Notes under the pieces: generated by a model
What the model was told of the DNA's origin: nothing
The model's input: the letters and a program-made list of their open reading frames with translations, nothing else
The model's database searches: none
Part shown: piece by piece, positions 12,088 through 23,100 of the stretch
Numbering within the stretch: position 1 is the stretch's first letter
How the letters are laid out: each line of letters starts with the position of its first letter
NCBI RefSeq assembly: GCF_025526975.1
Contig: NW_026515684.1
Coordinates: 62,001 to 126,000 of the forward strand
DNA length: 64,000 nucleotides
Reading direction: 5' to 3'
From: Fimicolochytrium jonesii
Lineage: Eukaryota
Translations under genes and position numbers: made by a program

Positions 12088-13462
12088 CTATGAACGTACG
12101 CCTGCTAGACTTGTAATGGAATGTACAGGTGACTGTGGGGCCTCAGCATGGTCTACGCGGAGACTATGAACGTCAAGTTTGCTGGTGGTGGCTGCTTCGT
12201 AGCGACCCAACCATTCCTGAGCAACTTCTTCCAGATGGGCCACGGTGCTCGCCAATTTGTTGATCTCCGCAGCCACCGACTGGATCGCTTCGCCCTGACG
12301 CTGAAGCGTATCCAGAATTTTACTTCCCAAATGGTCCTGTCCACAACATTGCTTCCCGGGGCGTTTGGAGGCGCTTATCTCATTGAGGTCGCTACCAGCG
12401 TTTGAGCTTTCATCTGGGATTCAGTCAAGACGGTAATTTCCCAAAAATCTCTGATTCGCATACCATAATGAGAGGCATCTTACCATCAAAACCAAAGCCT
12501 TTGCGTTTCATTATTATCCCGAGAGGAGAAGCGAGGAAGTCGTTCCAATTCTGAGACGCATGTTTCGAAATCCCAGTGAATGATGCAATGGACGACAAGG
12601 TGTCCGGAGAGGAACATTGCTGCCAATTGATGGATGGTTCTTTCAAGAAGTTTGTAAATTCGACATGTTCCATAGCGGTGTGAGGGGTTAACGTTTTCTG
12701 AACGTCCTTCGGAGAGGATGACATGGACAACTCCTCTGATTCTTCATCTTCGATCTGTCCCGGCGTTTCAGAGCTTGCCTCTTTCTGCACAACTTCCTCC
12801 GACCCCTTGAGCCTGTGCTCAGAAGTGAGAAACGCGTCCCAATCCGCCGTTCGGCCTTTGGAAGACGTTGATTCTGGTAGGCTTCGAGGTGACAGGTCCG
12901 CATTGCTTCCAGCTCCCATGCTTGTAGGATTTTGGTTTCCCCTCGACGAATCTGCTCTTTCCATCGATCGTTCCGTCGGCGTGTGGAACGTGAGCGGTGT
13001 CGAGGCACGGGATGGCGTGGTCACAGCGGCTCGACGCGAATGGTTCTTGCCACCTGTGCCCGCCGCCTCTGCAAGAAGGACGTGTAAGATCTTCTGTTTT
13101 CACACCAGTTCTTCAGCCGCTTCCATCGACTTTACTTGGGGATAATCCGAGAAGGTTTATGAGGTCCAACGAAACCTGCGGGTCCGCATTGCTCTTCGAC
13201 GTAGGATTCGATCCATGTGCACATTTCGAATCCTTTCTTTCCTTCCCTGCAACTATCGCCCAGGCTCTCCCGGGCGCCGCAAAGTCCACGCCCGTGATCG
13301 TCGTTTGTTGTCGTTGCTTTTGAAAGAACTGCTGTTGCTGTTGGGTCACAGAGACAGTAAGATGGCGATACGTGACGCGGCCAAGGAGAGAGTTCGCAAG
13401 CTTACCTTTTGTCTTTGAAGGTTCTTCTTCACTGTGCTTCGAGAGCCTGTTGTCCAGTTCAT
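12088..13462 (-). CDS. REDIC1/C12orf40-like (MNW..GSR N-terminus) protein, multi-exon, with a C-terminal coiled coil
   Basis: Exon 1 (13462-13406) reads MNWTTGSRSTVKKNLQRQK, followed by a GTAAGC donor. The next exon reads QQQFFQKQR...VSLDLINLL. Later exons match track ORFs 12425-13024 and 12088-12330. Confidence 0.65.
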
Positions 13463-13657
13463 CGTTCTTTGGATCGACGATGGGAACACTTTGAATGGAA
13501 AGGGAAGTCGTGGGAAAATCGGGTTCGCCTTTTCTCGACGCGTTCACTTGGAATCAACTTCGAAGACTTGGAATGTGTTCTTGGCCGCAAATGGCCCGCG
13601 TGATCAGAAAGGCTTGCGCAACTAAGTACAGTATAGATCTGCAGTCGCCTTCATACA

Positions 13658-15382
13658 ATGACGAAGCGCAGAGCGAAGGCCCTGGCTGCTGCCGACTCTC
13701 AAGAGACGGATATTGTTCACGTGGAGGACGGCCATTCCAGTCAAGTTTCTGTCACGACGGTATACTCTCAGCCCCAAGGGCCCTCGTCCCCAACGAAGAA
13801 GAGGAAGATCGACCACGAAGACCAAAGTGTCAACAGCAAGGTCGACGGCTCGTCTACCACTATCTCAACCACGACGACCGTCACTCTGGAAACCTCTGTG
13901 TCGGTAATCGAGTCCAACTCGCCTCCATCTGCACAGTCAAAGTCAGTCCATCCTTTCTTCGCGAAGAAGTCAAAGGACGTCATGACAATAGGAGGTACAC
14001 CATTCACGTCCATTGCACCGGTCAAGTGGTCGCAAGAAGGCAGTATTCTCGTCGCAACCTACAAGCAACAGATTCCTTCGAAACGCGTGGCCAGCTTCGA
14101 CTTTGACGGAACGATATCGAACGTGAAGGGTTCCCATGTCCATCCCAAAGGAGCAGACGACTGGAAATTTTTCTCCACTTCGATACCCGATCGCTTTTTC
14201 ATGTGTCAAAATCAAGGGTACCGGGTGGTCATCTTTTCAAATCAAAACGGACTCAATGGTGGTGACGCAAGGAGCAACGCGAGGAAGGCATCTTTCATGG
14301 GACGTATCGAGAACGTGATCAATGCCACTCAAAAGCATTGTGAGAGAGCTGGGGTGGCGGCTCCATCTATCATCGTGTTTGGAGCGACGGGTGATGACTG
14401 GAACAGAAAGCCTCGGCCGGGAATGTGGGACGTTTTTGAAAGCAAATACAACGGCGGCATTGTCATAGACCGAAATGCCAGCTTTTACGTAGGCGACGCG
14501 GCGGGCCGCTTTGCCGGACACAAACCAGGAGTGAAAAAGGACTTCGCCGATACAGATCACAAGTTTGCGCTGAACGTGGGATGCAAGTTCTATACCCCGG
14601 ATGCCTTTTTCCACTTCACCACCTTGGCCGCGCTGGAAGCCGCCAATTTACCTACCAAACACCATTCTCACCATGCGCCCATTCCACCGTTTGATCCGAA
14701 AGTGTTTCTCGAGAACCAGGCCGGCAAACCGCTGTATACCCCAACAGATACCCCATTAGTGGCCCCTCCTGAATCGCAACCCGAGATTATCGTCTTTGTC
14801 GGTTGCCCCGCATCGGGCAAGTCCACCTTCGCGAAGCGTCACCTCGTTCCGCACGGATACGTGCAGGTCAACCAAGACACACTCAAGACGCGCGATAAGT
14901 GCATTAAAGTCGCCGAAGAGTCTCTGCTCGCGGGGAAATCCGTCATCGTGGACAACACCAACCCGGACCCTGCCACGCGCAAGTTATACTTCCAATTGGC
15001 GGACAAATGTGCGCGCAGGCTTGGCAAGGACAAGATACCCCTCCGATGTTTCCACTTCCTAGCTGACGCCCAAGTCTGTGCACACAACAATGAGTTCCGA
15101 ACGTATATGGGCAACCGTGACCGGGACGGGAACTGGATTGACCCACGAGGTATCCCCAAGCCGTTCTCGGCGGCAAGTCGCAAGAACGACAAATCCTCGT
15201 CGAAAGATACCTCTGGTCAGCCGCAGGTGCACAAGTTACCGGGCATCGCTTTCAATTCCTTCTGGGCACGCTATCAACCTCCTAGCGAGACGGAAGGCTT
15301 CGACGAGATCAAAAGGGTCGAGTTCGTACCCGAATTTGACAGCGAGGCTGATCGTGCCAAGTGGGCGATGTATTACGTCTGA
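13658..15382 (+). CDS. pnk1: Bifunctional polynucleotide 3'-phosphatase/5'-kinase, intronless
   Basis: HAD motif FDFDGT, FSNQNG, RKPRPGMW, YVGDAAGR and DHKFALN; kinase P-loop GCPASGKST, VNQDTL and DNTN. Confidence 0.96.
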   Translation: MTKRRAKALAAADSQETDIVHVEDGHSSQVSVTTVYSQPQGPSSPTKKRKIDHEDQSVNSKVDGSSTTISTTTTVTLETSVSVIESNSPPSAQSKSVHPFFAKKSKDVMTIGGTPFTSIAPVKWSQEGSILVATYKQQIPSKRVASFDFDGTISNVKGSHVHPKGADDWKFFSTSIPDRFFMCQNQGYRVVIFSNQNGLNGGDARSNARKASFMGRIENVINATQKHCERAGVAAPSIIVFGATGDDWNRKPRPGMWDVFESKYNGGIVIDRNASFYVGDAAGRFAGHKPGVKKDFADTDHKFALNVGCKFYTPDAFFHFTTLAALEAANLPTKHHSHHAPIPPFDPKVFLENQAGKPLYTPTDTPLVAPPESQPEIIVFVGCPASGKSTFAKRHLVPHGYVQVNQDTLKTRDKCIKVAEESLLAGKSVIVDNTNPDPATRKLYFQLADKCARRLGKDKIPLRCFHFLADAQVCAHNNEFRTYMGNRDRDGNWIDPRGIPKPFSAASRKNDKSSSKDTSGQPQVHKLPGIAFNSFWARYQPPSETEGFDEIKRVEFVPEFDSEADRAKWAMYYV

Positions 15383-15734
15383 GGGCAGGAGCCGAGAGGG
15401 AGGAGGGACGGAGGTTTGAACCGACGTTTTGTAGGCGTCCCATACAGACCTGAGATGCATCGCAACGCCATGGGTATATAGCGCATTGTAGTCGATTTGA
15501 TAGACCGAAGAAAAGAATTATTTCATTAAATACAACTCGCAATTTGGAGTCACGTGCCTGAACATTGACAGTTTTGCAAGATTAAAGAGGCGTCCCGACT
15601 CCCGAGGTTCGTCAAAACCCGTGCCATCGTCGACTTCCATCGTTTGAATCTCACCTCCGTTTTCCCACAAAAAAAAAGCACGGTAAACGCTAGTTGATAT
15701 CACCCTTCATCTAGTATAAAATTGCTCTCGTACA

Positions 15735-17728
15735 ATGCTTGCAGCGGCAATTGAGACGGCTGGTTCCGGGCAGCATGCCCGCCTTCCGCCGAGCAAGATA
15801 AACCGAAAGGCTCGCAGAGCCCTCAAACACAATACCAACGCCAACCCCAACGGGGACGTTAGCGACTCTGCCTCCGGTGACGTTAGCCGCCGCGACTCCG
15901 CAAATTCTCCTGTCGATAGGCCCTCTGTCGTCGACTCGGAGGTTACTATTTCGGCGTCGCCCGTCGACGACGGAGCACACCCGGTCAGCAAAAACCCCTA
16001 CGTGGAGGTTATCAACAAGAAGCTTCGTTATTTAAAGAAGAAGCTGGTAAGCAATCAGTAATGTAATGTTGCGCTCGCCAAGTTTTCGGTTTGTCTGACT
16101 ATCTCACCCTGCAAATTCCATCAACTTTCAGCTAAAATTGGAGAAATACGAGCAGTCGGCGAAGCGCGATCTCAATGCAGACCAGCTCCAAGCGCTGGAG
16201 AAGAAGGCGGAGATTGCTTACGCATTCAAGGAGCTGGAGGAATCCGCCAAACTTCTGGTTGCCGTAGGTGCCGAAGAATCGAAGGCGATCCGTGCTAAGG
16301 ATATCGCCACAGACAAGGATGTTAAGTCCAAGATAGAACTTGCGATTGAAGAGGAGAAGGTGAGACAGTGTTGAGATTTGAGGGCTACTCTATATGACTT
16401 GCTCACGAACTCGGTATCCCCTCGTTCAGAACGCTTCCGCCGCATCGCAGAAGGAAATTCTGCAATTGTTTTACGTGCTCAACGTACTTCTGTCTAACCT
16501 GGCCAACACGAACGTCGCCCTATCGGAGAATCAGTACAATGCTCTGTTTTACTTCCGTGCATTCGTCACCGGAGTAGGTATCGAGCACATTGAAACGTAA
16601 GCATTGTCTTGGAGGACCGTGCACACTGACTATTGCTGCCTGTTGTTGACTGATACCCTGGTCACACATCATCAAGTGCACCAGGTTTCTCAGTCGAACA
16701 GGCTGAAGAATACTTGAAGAACTACAAGGAGCGTTCAAGCATCACTTTCTTCCAAGACGTTACCTTCCGTGGTCTTGCCGAAGCTGTCGAGATAATCCTG
16801 AACCCACGCCCACAGCCCAAATTTGGTTTTGAGAGCGATGAGACCCCGGCTGAAATCCAACATGCTCCATCCTTTTTCTCTCCCTCCGAGATCAATGAGG
16901 AATCAGCCCACCCGCACGAAGATGCGCAAGCCCCACAGGCCGCGCCTTCATTCGGGACCATCAGCTTCTTTACGCCAAGTGAAGTGCTCGGTAAGTGTAT
17001 TGATTCGCTGTTATCCCAAGTCCCTCTCCAGTCGTTATGATGCTTCACAACCGATTAGTCTTGAAGACACTTTAAATGGTTATAACATGCCTGTGCCTGA
17101 ACGATGATGTAGAACCGTCACTGTTGAGACCACTTTCCTTTGACTGGAACATCATACTCAAACCCTCGTTTCGCTTCAATCGTTCCGCACAGATTTACAA
17201 GACAGCACCCCTGCTGAAGCTCCCGTCGAGGAACCAGCCCATCCCGTGGAACAGGAAACCCACGCACCGGTCGAAAGCGAGCATTCCGAAGAGGAACACG
17301 CTGTCGTTGCCCCGGCCCTAGTGAAAATTCCCATCCACCACGATCAGCATGAAGAACAGCCTCTGATCGATACATCCGCCCAGCCGGCTGCTCCCGCACC
17401 GGTCGAAGAGGCCTCCACCCAAGTAACGGCACCCGAGCCACAGCCTCAGCAGCAGGTCGATGCCCATCCCGGCCAACAGCGTCCTCATAGAGGTCGTGGC
17501 CGTGGAGGCTATCGCGGGAACCGAGGTCGGGGAGGCGCTTATAACAATAACAACGCCCAGCAAGGTCAAGGCCAGTACCACGGCAACGGCAATAACAACA
17601 ACGGCTATCAGAACGGTTATCAACGCAACAGCAACTACCGTGGTCGAGGACGCGGCGGCGGCCAACAGGGTGGCCAGCAGCCCGGGGGTCAGAGGCAGGC
17701 ACCAGGCCCCCAACAACAGCAGCAGTGA
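15735..17728 (+). CDS. Caprin-like RNA-binding/stress-granule protein, multi-exon
   Basis: NPYVEVINKKLRYLKKKL|LKLEKYE...LNADQLQALEKK resembles the Caprin HR1 start. C-terminal exon has RGRGRGGYRGNRGRGG and N/Q/G/Y low-complexity sequence. GT-AG introns at ~16047-16130, 16360-16429, 16597-16684, 16991-17192. Confidence 0.7.
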
Positions 17729-17903
17729 GAGGTGTCCTTAGGTGTCATGCCATAGACTAGCGTTGAAGCGTTTATCAGAAGATTTTTGTCCTAGTCCGTC
17801 GGTGTCAGTGTTCTGGTGATACATCGTTTGTTATCCTTAAATTTTGAAGAAGACTTCTTAAGGTCCTATAGCGTGCCCTCCGAGTCCGCTACTCTATGGC
17901 CCG

Positions 17904-18877
17904 CTATTCTATGGATCCCATTCGCATATTATGCACCTTGTTGCGTTTACTTGTGGTGTATGCGATGTCGTTGGCCTTGAGAAATGCTTCCCTTAAATGA
18001 AGCGTAGATGAGACAATCGCGTTTCCGAACGCTTGAATACTAGAAACGTACATTTCCCGCTTAGCTTCGTGCGGACGCTCCGTTTCGATCTCAATCTCGA
18101 ACGCCTTCCCGAAATCGTACGTGGTCGAATCGATTTCGAGGTTCCAGCTCCGCCATTTGATCTTATGCCTCTCAGTGAAGTATTTTCCAATGACGTGCAG
18201 TTGAGAGGCGTCGTTCCATAGGGGCATCAACTTCTTCCAGAATTCCTTGCTGGAAACGCCCATCGAGTCATGAACAATCTGATGAGATGAGAACCGCACG
18301 TCTCCTTCAAAACCTGCACTAATGGATCACAAACGTGTGGATGTTGGTACAAAAGCTGGATGGATTATTGACGATGCGCTGAAGTGCATCACACTCAATC
18401 GGGATTTCGAACTGGGAGATATCATTTGCGATTGGCTCGCACGAAAAAAGGACAGGCAGCGAAAGCGTTCACACAAGAAGCGGCGGGCAAATACCTCTTC
18501 CACTCGTGAGATGCCATCGACCAGCGTGGCTTCACCTTTACTCGTAGCGGTGCATTTCGCGTGGCTATCCCCAGTATCCCTGCTTATGCTCCGACGAACG
18601 CGCAAGACGGACCGTGATCGTTCTCTATTGTCCCCAATCCGCGGAAGACAAAAAAGGGGCCAGAGCCAGAGCGGCACCTCAATCAATGTCTCGCTGTGCC
18701 ATCTTGCAAGTCGATAATACCACATACGCACAGGTCTGCAGTCGGTGTGTCGAAGTACCAGTTCTCTTGAACGTCGACGCGAAGGACTCCTGGACACTCC
18801 TCTGAGGTCTTCAGAGCGTCGAGGACCCTGTCGAACGCGGCCTGGGTCGACAGCCTCAGTTTCACTTCCACCTCCAT
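17904..18877 (-). CDS. CYTH-domain triphosphate tunnel metalloenzyme (TTM3-like), multi-exon
   Basis: N-terminal ExExK motif MEVEVKLRL, QENWYFDTP, VLRVRR, GISRVEE, LEIDSTTYDFGKAFEIEIET and C-terminal SKRNK. Confidence 0.88.
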
Positions 18878-19133
18878 GGAGTTGCAGTTCTAATGGAGCC
18901 TTTCCCTCGGGATGTCGAGTCTGATCCCGGCGGGAGAGTCTGTTGTGTCGCGCGAGATCCACACGTCACGGGCCGCTGACACACTTGCCCTCCGCACTTC
19001 GACTCCCGCTGATTCCCTGGGAGCTTGCTTTTTTCTGCAAACCGCAATCGAACACTCGACCGCTCGCAATATCCTCAAGAGCCAAAGGACCCTCCTGAAG
19101 GTTGCTGAACTTGGAACCCGTACTCTCGCAAAG

Positions 19134-19990
19134 ATGCTCAGAACGGTATGGCCCTCAAGATGCTCCCACGATTGGTTCGCGTCGCGCGTCACATAGGACT
19201 CACCGTTTCCCTTTCTTTACAGCCATGGGGCCAAGATGAGGGAGATTCCGGTGCAGCACAGACTGTACCCACCTTCAGCCGCAAAGCCTCAGTGGGCGCT
19301 TCTCCTGGCGGTCGTTCTCAAATCGTTTTTGGAACCTACCACGAACCGAGCTCCTCGTCTTATCACTCCATGACCCACACGCCTCGTGGCGTGTCGCGAC
19401 AGCAGCACAATAACAATACCGCCGATGACTATCTCACGCGCAATGCGGTGGCGAGACAGCAATCATTCAGGGAAAACTCCACCGATGTGTTCAATCTGAA
19501 GCCGTTGAGTGGAGATGACAGCGCTGGCCATAGAGCCTCCGCCGAACCTAGGGCTGGAAACAGCGGTGGGTCCCTCAGATTTCGCACCGATAGGAACCAA
19601 TCGACTCTGTTCCAACCGCAAAGTGATGCGTACGGTTCACAATCTTATGGCACTCCCGTGCGTGAGCAAAAATCCGCAAGCGACATCTTTCATTTGCAAA
19701 ACGCGCCCCAGCAGCAGTCGCACCAGCAGCAGTCGCACTACCCCCAGGAACCTCCGTCGCCTCGTCAGACTCTCGAAGATGATTATGCCGATGCGAGACA
19801 GGAGCCTGCTCGTCCGGCCAAAACCTTTCTGCAACACAATGAATACAACCCGTCGCTGCCGTCGGCTTTGAAGAGGAACCCGTCCAACAGCCTCCTTCAG
19901 CCTTCTGACGGTCCCGATGACTACGTCTACAGAGGTCGCAGGCATTATCCTCAGTCGCAGAGGACCTCAAACATCTTCCAATCCAACTAG
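19134..19990 (+). CDS. Small disordered protein with a Jupiter/HN1/SPIRAL1-like PGG.S.I.FG motif
   Basis: Micro-exon ATG CTC AGA ACG (19134-19145), GTATGG donor, intron ending TTTACAG at 19222, then in frame with the 280-aa track ORF. Motif SPGGRSQIVFG and recurring STDVF/STLF/SDIF/SNIF. Confidence 0.6.
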
Positions 19991-20165
19991 CTTTTTATTC
20001 AGTCATTTGACATTTCCCGTCTGTCATTCCGAACCATCAGTCCCGCGAACGTTGCATAAAAACTGTAAATCCCTACACAATCCGAATAATCAACAATCCT
20101 TTATCTGTCACCCTCGTCATAGACATAATCCACATTCTTAAATATAAGAAAGACGATTATGCACT

Positions 20166-23100
20166 CTAAAAAGCTGCAAAACTAGTAAAGCCCCGATTTG
20201 TCGTCGATGATGCCTTAGTCTGCGCTGCAGCCGCTTGCTGAACTTCCGCCAGCGTCTTAAGCCCCATTTGCAGCGCCATCGTATCGTTCTCAGGAAGGCC
20301 AGAGATGGCCGCTTTGAAATGTTGCGGCTGCGTTGAGGCTAGCTGAAAGAGCATTTGCGCCGACGCGATATGCAGCTCTCGTTGAGCCGAAGACGTAAAG
20401 CTTGGGATGCCATTCTCCTCGGTACTGGAGAGGAAGGAAATGTATATATGCACAACGACTGCCAATGCATCAGATTCTGCAACAAAAGCGTGTCAGAAGT
20501 CGAATACTGATGAACAAAACAGAGCATACTTACTCTTTGTGTCTGATACAACACCGTATATCACAAGCAGCAATCGCAGTCCTTCCTCTATTGACTTCAC
20601 GCTCGCCGTGAGAGTCTCAGAGCTCCGTAGTTGTGCGCTTGCTTGCAGTACCCAAACCGCCACTTGAGGCAACAGAAGCCTGATGTACGAGGTAAAGATG
20701 GGTGCAGTTTCCGGCTTTGCAGAGGCTGAAGACGCTAGGATGGTCTTGATGCATTGGAGCACAGTTTTCTGTATCTAATGAAACAATTGGGAATGAAGGT
20801 CAATGGCCGCGTCTTCGCAAGTAAAAGCTGGCGGATTTACGAACCTCGTCCTCAGAGTGCGATAAGCTGCGACCAAGCCCCTTCAAGAACCTGGTCTGGA
20901 GATGATCGTCGTAAGTTGAGGCGGGCGCTCCAGTAACTATCAGGACAATGCCCATGAGAGCGTTCTTCAGAATCAAGAGATCTGCTGGGTCTGCGGCCGT
21001 CAGCTCTGTCGTCAGGTGCCATCTAGAATTCGATCAGTGAAATCAGAAGACGGAGAAGGATAATGCGAGTATGGCCCGCTTCACATGAAGAGAACTCACA
21101 TCTCGCTATCGAAACTGTCCAGCAGCGACGACACCGTTGCTTGCAACACAGGAGCAAGCGTCGAGTCTTTTGCATCACTGAGCTTGTCAAGACAAGCACG
21201 GATGCAGAGTAGAACTCGAGGAGCGACCTTCTCCTGGAACTTTTCTGTTTGTAGAAGAGCTGTTCGCACACGGGAAGTTGAGTTATCGGGTGTAAGCATT
21301 GCAAAGCCGGTCTCCGTTCCGAAGCAACATACCCTGGAATATGTAGAACGAGAAGGGAATGAGGATATGCTTGCTGCTTGCTAGTAACGGTGGTGTGGTA
21401 GCCAGGATGGTCAAGGTATCCAAGGCGTTCAGTATCAAGGCTACGGTCTCGGGGCTCGAATCTCTATTGGCCGTAACTATGTCACATAAACCAGTTAGTC
21501 TACCTAATTTAGAAACCAATGCGAAAAAGAAATGCACCGACCTGCTGCCGTAGGACTGTTCGCCAGGATCGGCACATGGTATACAAATATGTCAAACGCG
21601 ATCTTCAGAACCCTTTGCACCTTCAGCATCAAAGGGCCTGATGATTTATCGCCGTTTTCATCTTGCTCCAAAATCGCACCGGAAGCTCCGTCGAGCGATC
21701 TGTGCGTGCGGAGGTCAAATACGGCTGCCCCTTCGTATTTCAAGCGCATAAATTGCTTTGCACGTACCCGCCCATAGAGTTCAATCGCAACCGCAGGTCA
21801 CTCTCCTCGGAGGAAATATAATCTGAGTGTTCTACTATGATTTGCTTCGTAATCTGGAGAACCATTGCCTGGACGGGAACATCTTCCGTCTGAACCAACT
21901 TGTCAAAAAGCGTCATCAGCTCCAAGAATACGGACTAAATGCGAAAGAAGTCAGCTTTCTTCGTCAAGAATGCAAGGTCGTTCATTACACAGTTCAGATA
22001 CTCACCGCATCTAACAAGTTATCGTTTCCAAGGGCAGCGGGCTTCAACAATCGCTGGAGAGCTTCCAAGCAAACGCGCGATAGATTGGCGTCATCCTCTA
22101 ACGATTGCGTGGTGGAGCTGGCGACATTGCCACCCGCCGTTAAGCCAGGAATGCCGCTGAATTTCAGAGTTCCAGCGGTTTCTGTGGTTGCCAGGGCTTC
22201 CACGCATAGACCAAGCAGAGTGAAATACGTCTTCGACAGCCTTGGTGCCAGTTCGACTGCTTCCGAGCTTCCCCACATTGTCTTCACAAATAGGTCGAGG
22301 TGTGTGTCGAGGAGGCTTGTCAACGCCTCCATGATAGTAAGCCAAGATTTCCGGTAGAACTAATCAGAGTATTCAGTAGCCCACACTGCAAACGCACGAT
22401 GTAACTTGTGAAATGACTTACGGGCAGGACAGTATTCCGAGTAGCCTCCAGGTAACTATCGATGCTTGATCGTGCACTCGGGTCCCCAGCTGCAGCTGAC
22501 AGGACGTCTGGCTCCAGCTTCACTCTCGCATAATCATGTAGGACACCGACCCACAGAGTAGCAAGCGAAGGGAGATTTGGATCAACCACCTCGTCCAAGT
22601 ATCTATGGGAGAATGTTGCTATCCGCAGTTTCGCCCATGACGTGAGGATGGAAATGCGAACCAGCAGGTCTGCATGAGGTGCGTCGCTTGCGGCCTCTCC
22701 GCCTGTGAAACAGGTTAGTAGAGCGACTTAAAGCTTTCGAATTGCCAGAACGTACCCTGATAACGCTCCACTACGCCTGTTAACAATCTCAAGATCCGCG
22801 ACATTGTGGCTAGTTCCTGATTGATCCCGCTACCGATATACACGGCGGATACCTGGCAAGCAAGGCTTAGGACTTCCGGAGCAGAATCGCTCCCGAAAGC
22901 CGGCGTCAAGGCCGCCCCTATTTGCGCCTGGTATTGCTCGAGCAAAGCATGATCATCGAAATCCGGATCCGGCGCATCGGAAAAGATTTCCAAAATATCC
23001 TGCAACAAGCGCAACCCCTCCAGTCGCAGGTCCTTCACGTTGGCGGTTGCTGCCGAGAATGCCATCCGGATCAAGTCTGCCAACTTGAAGACAAGGTAGT

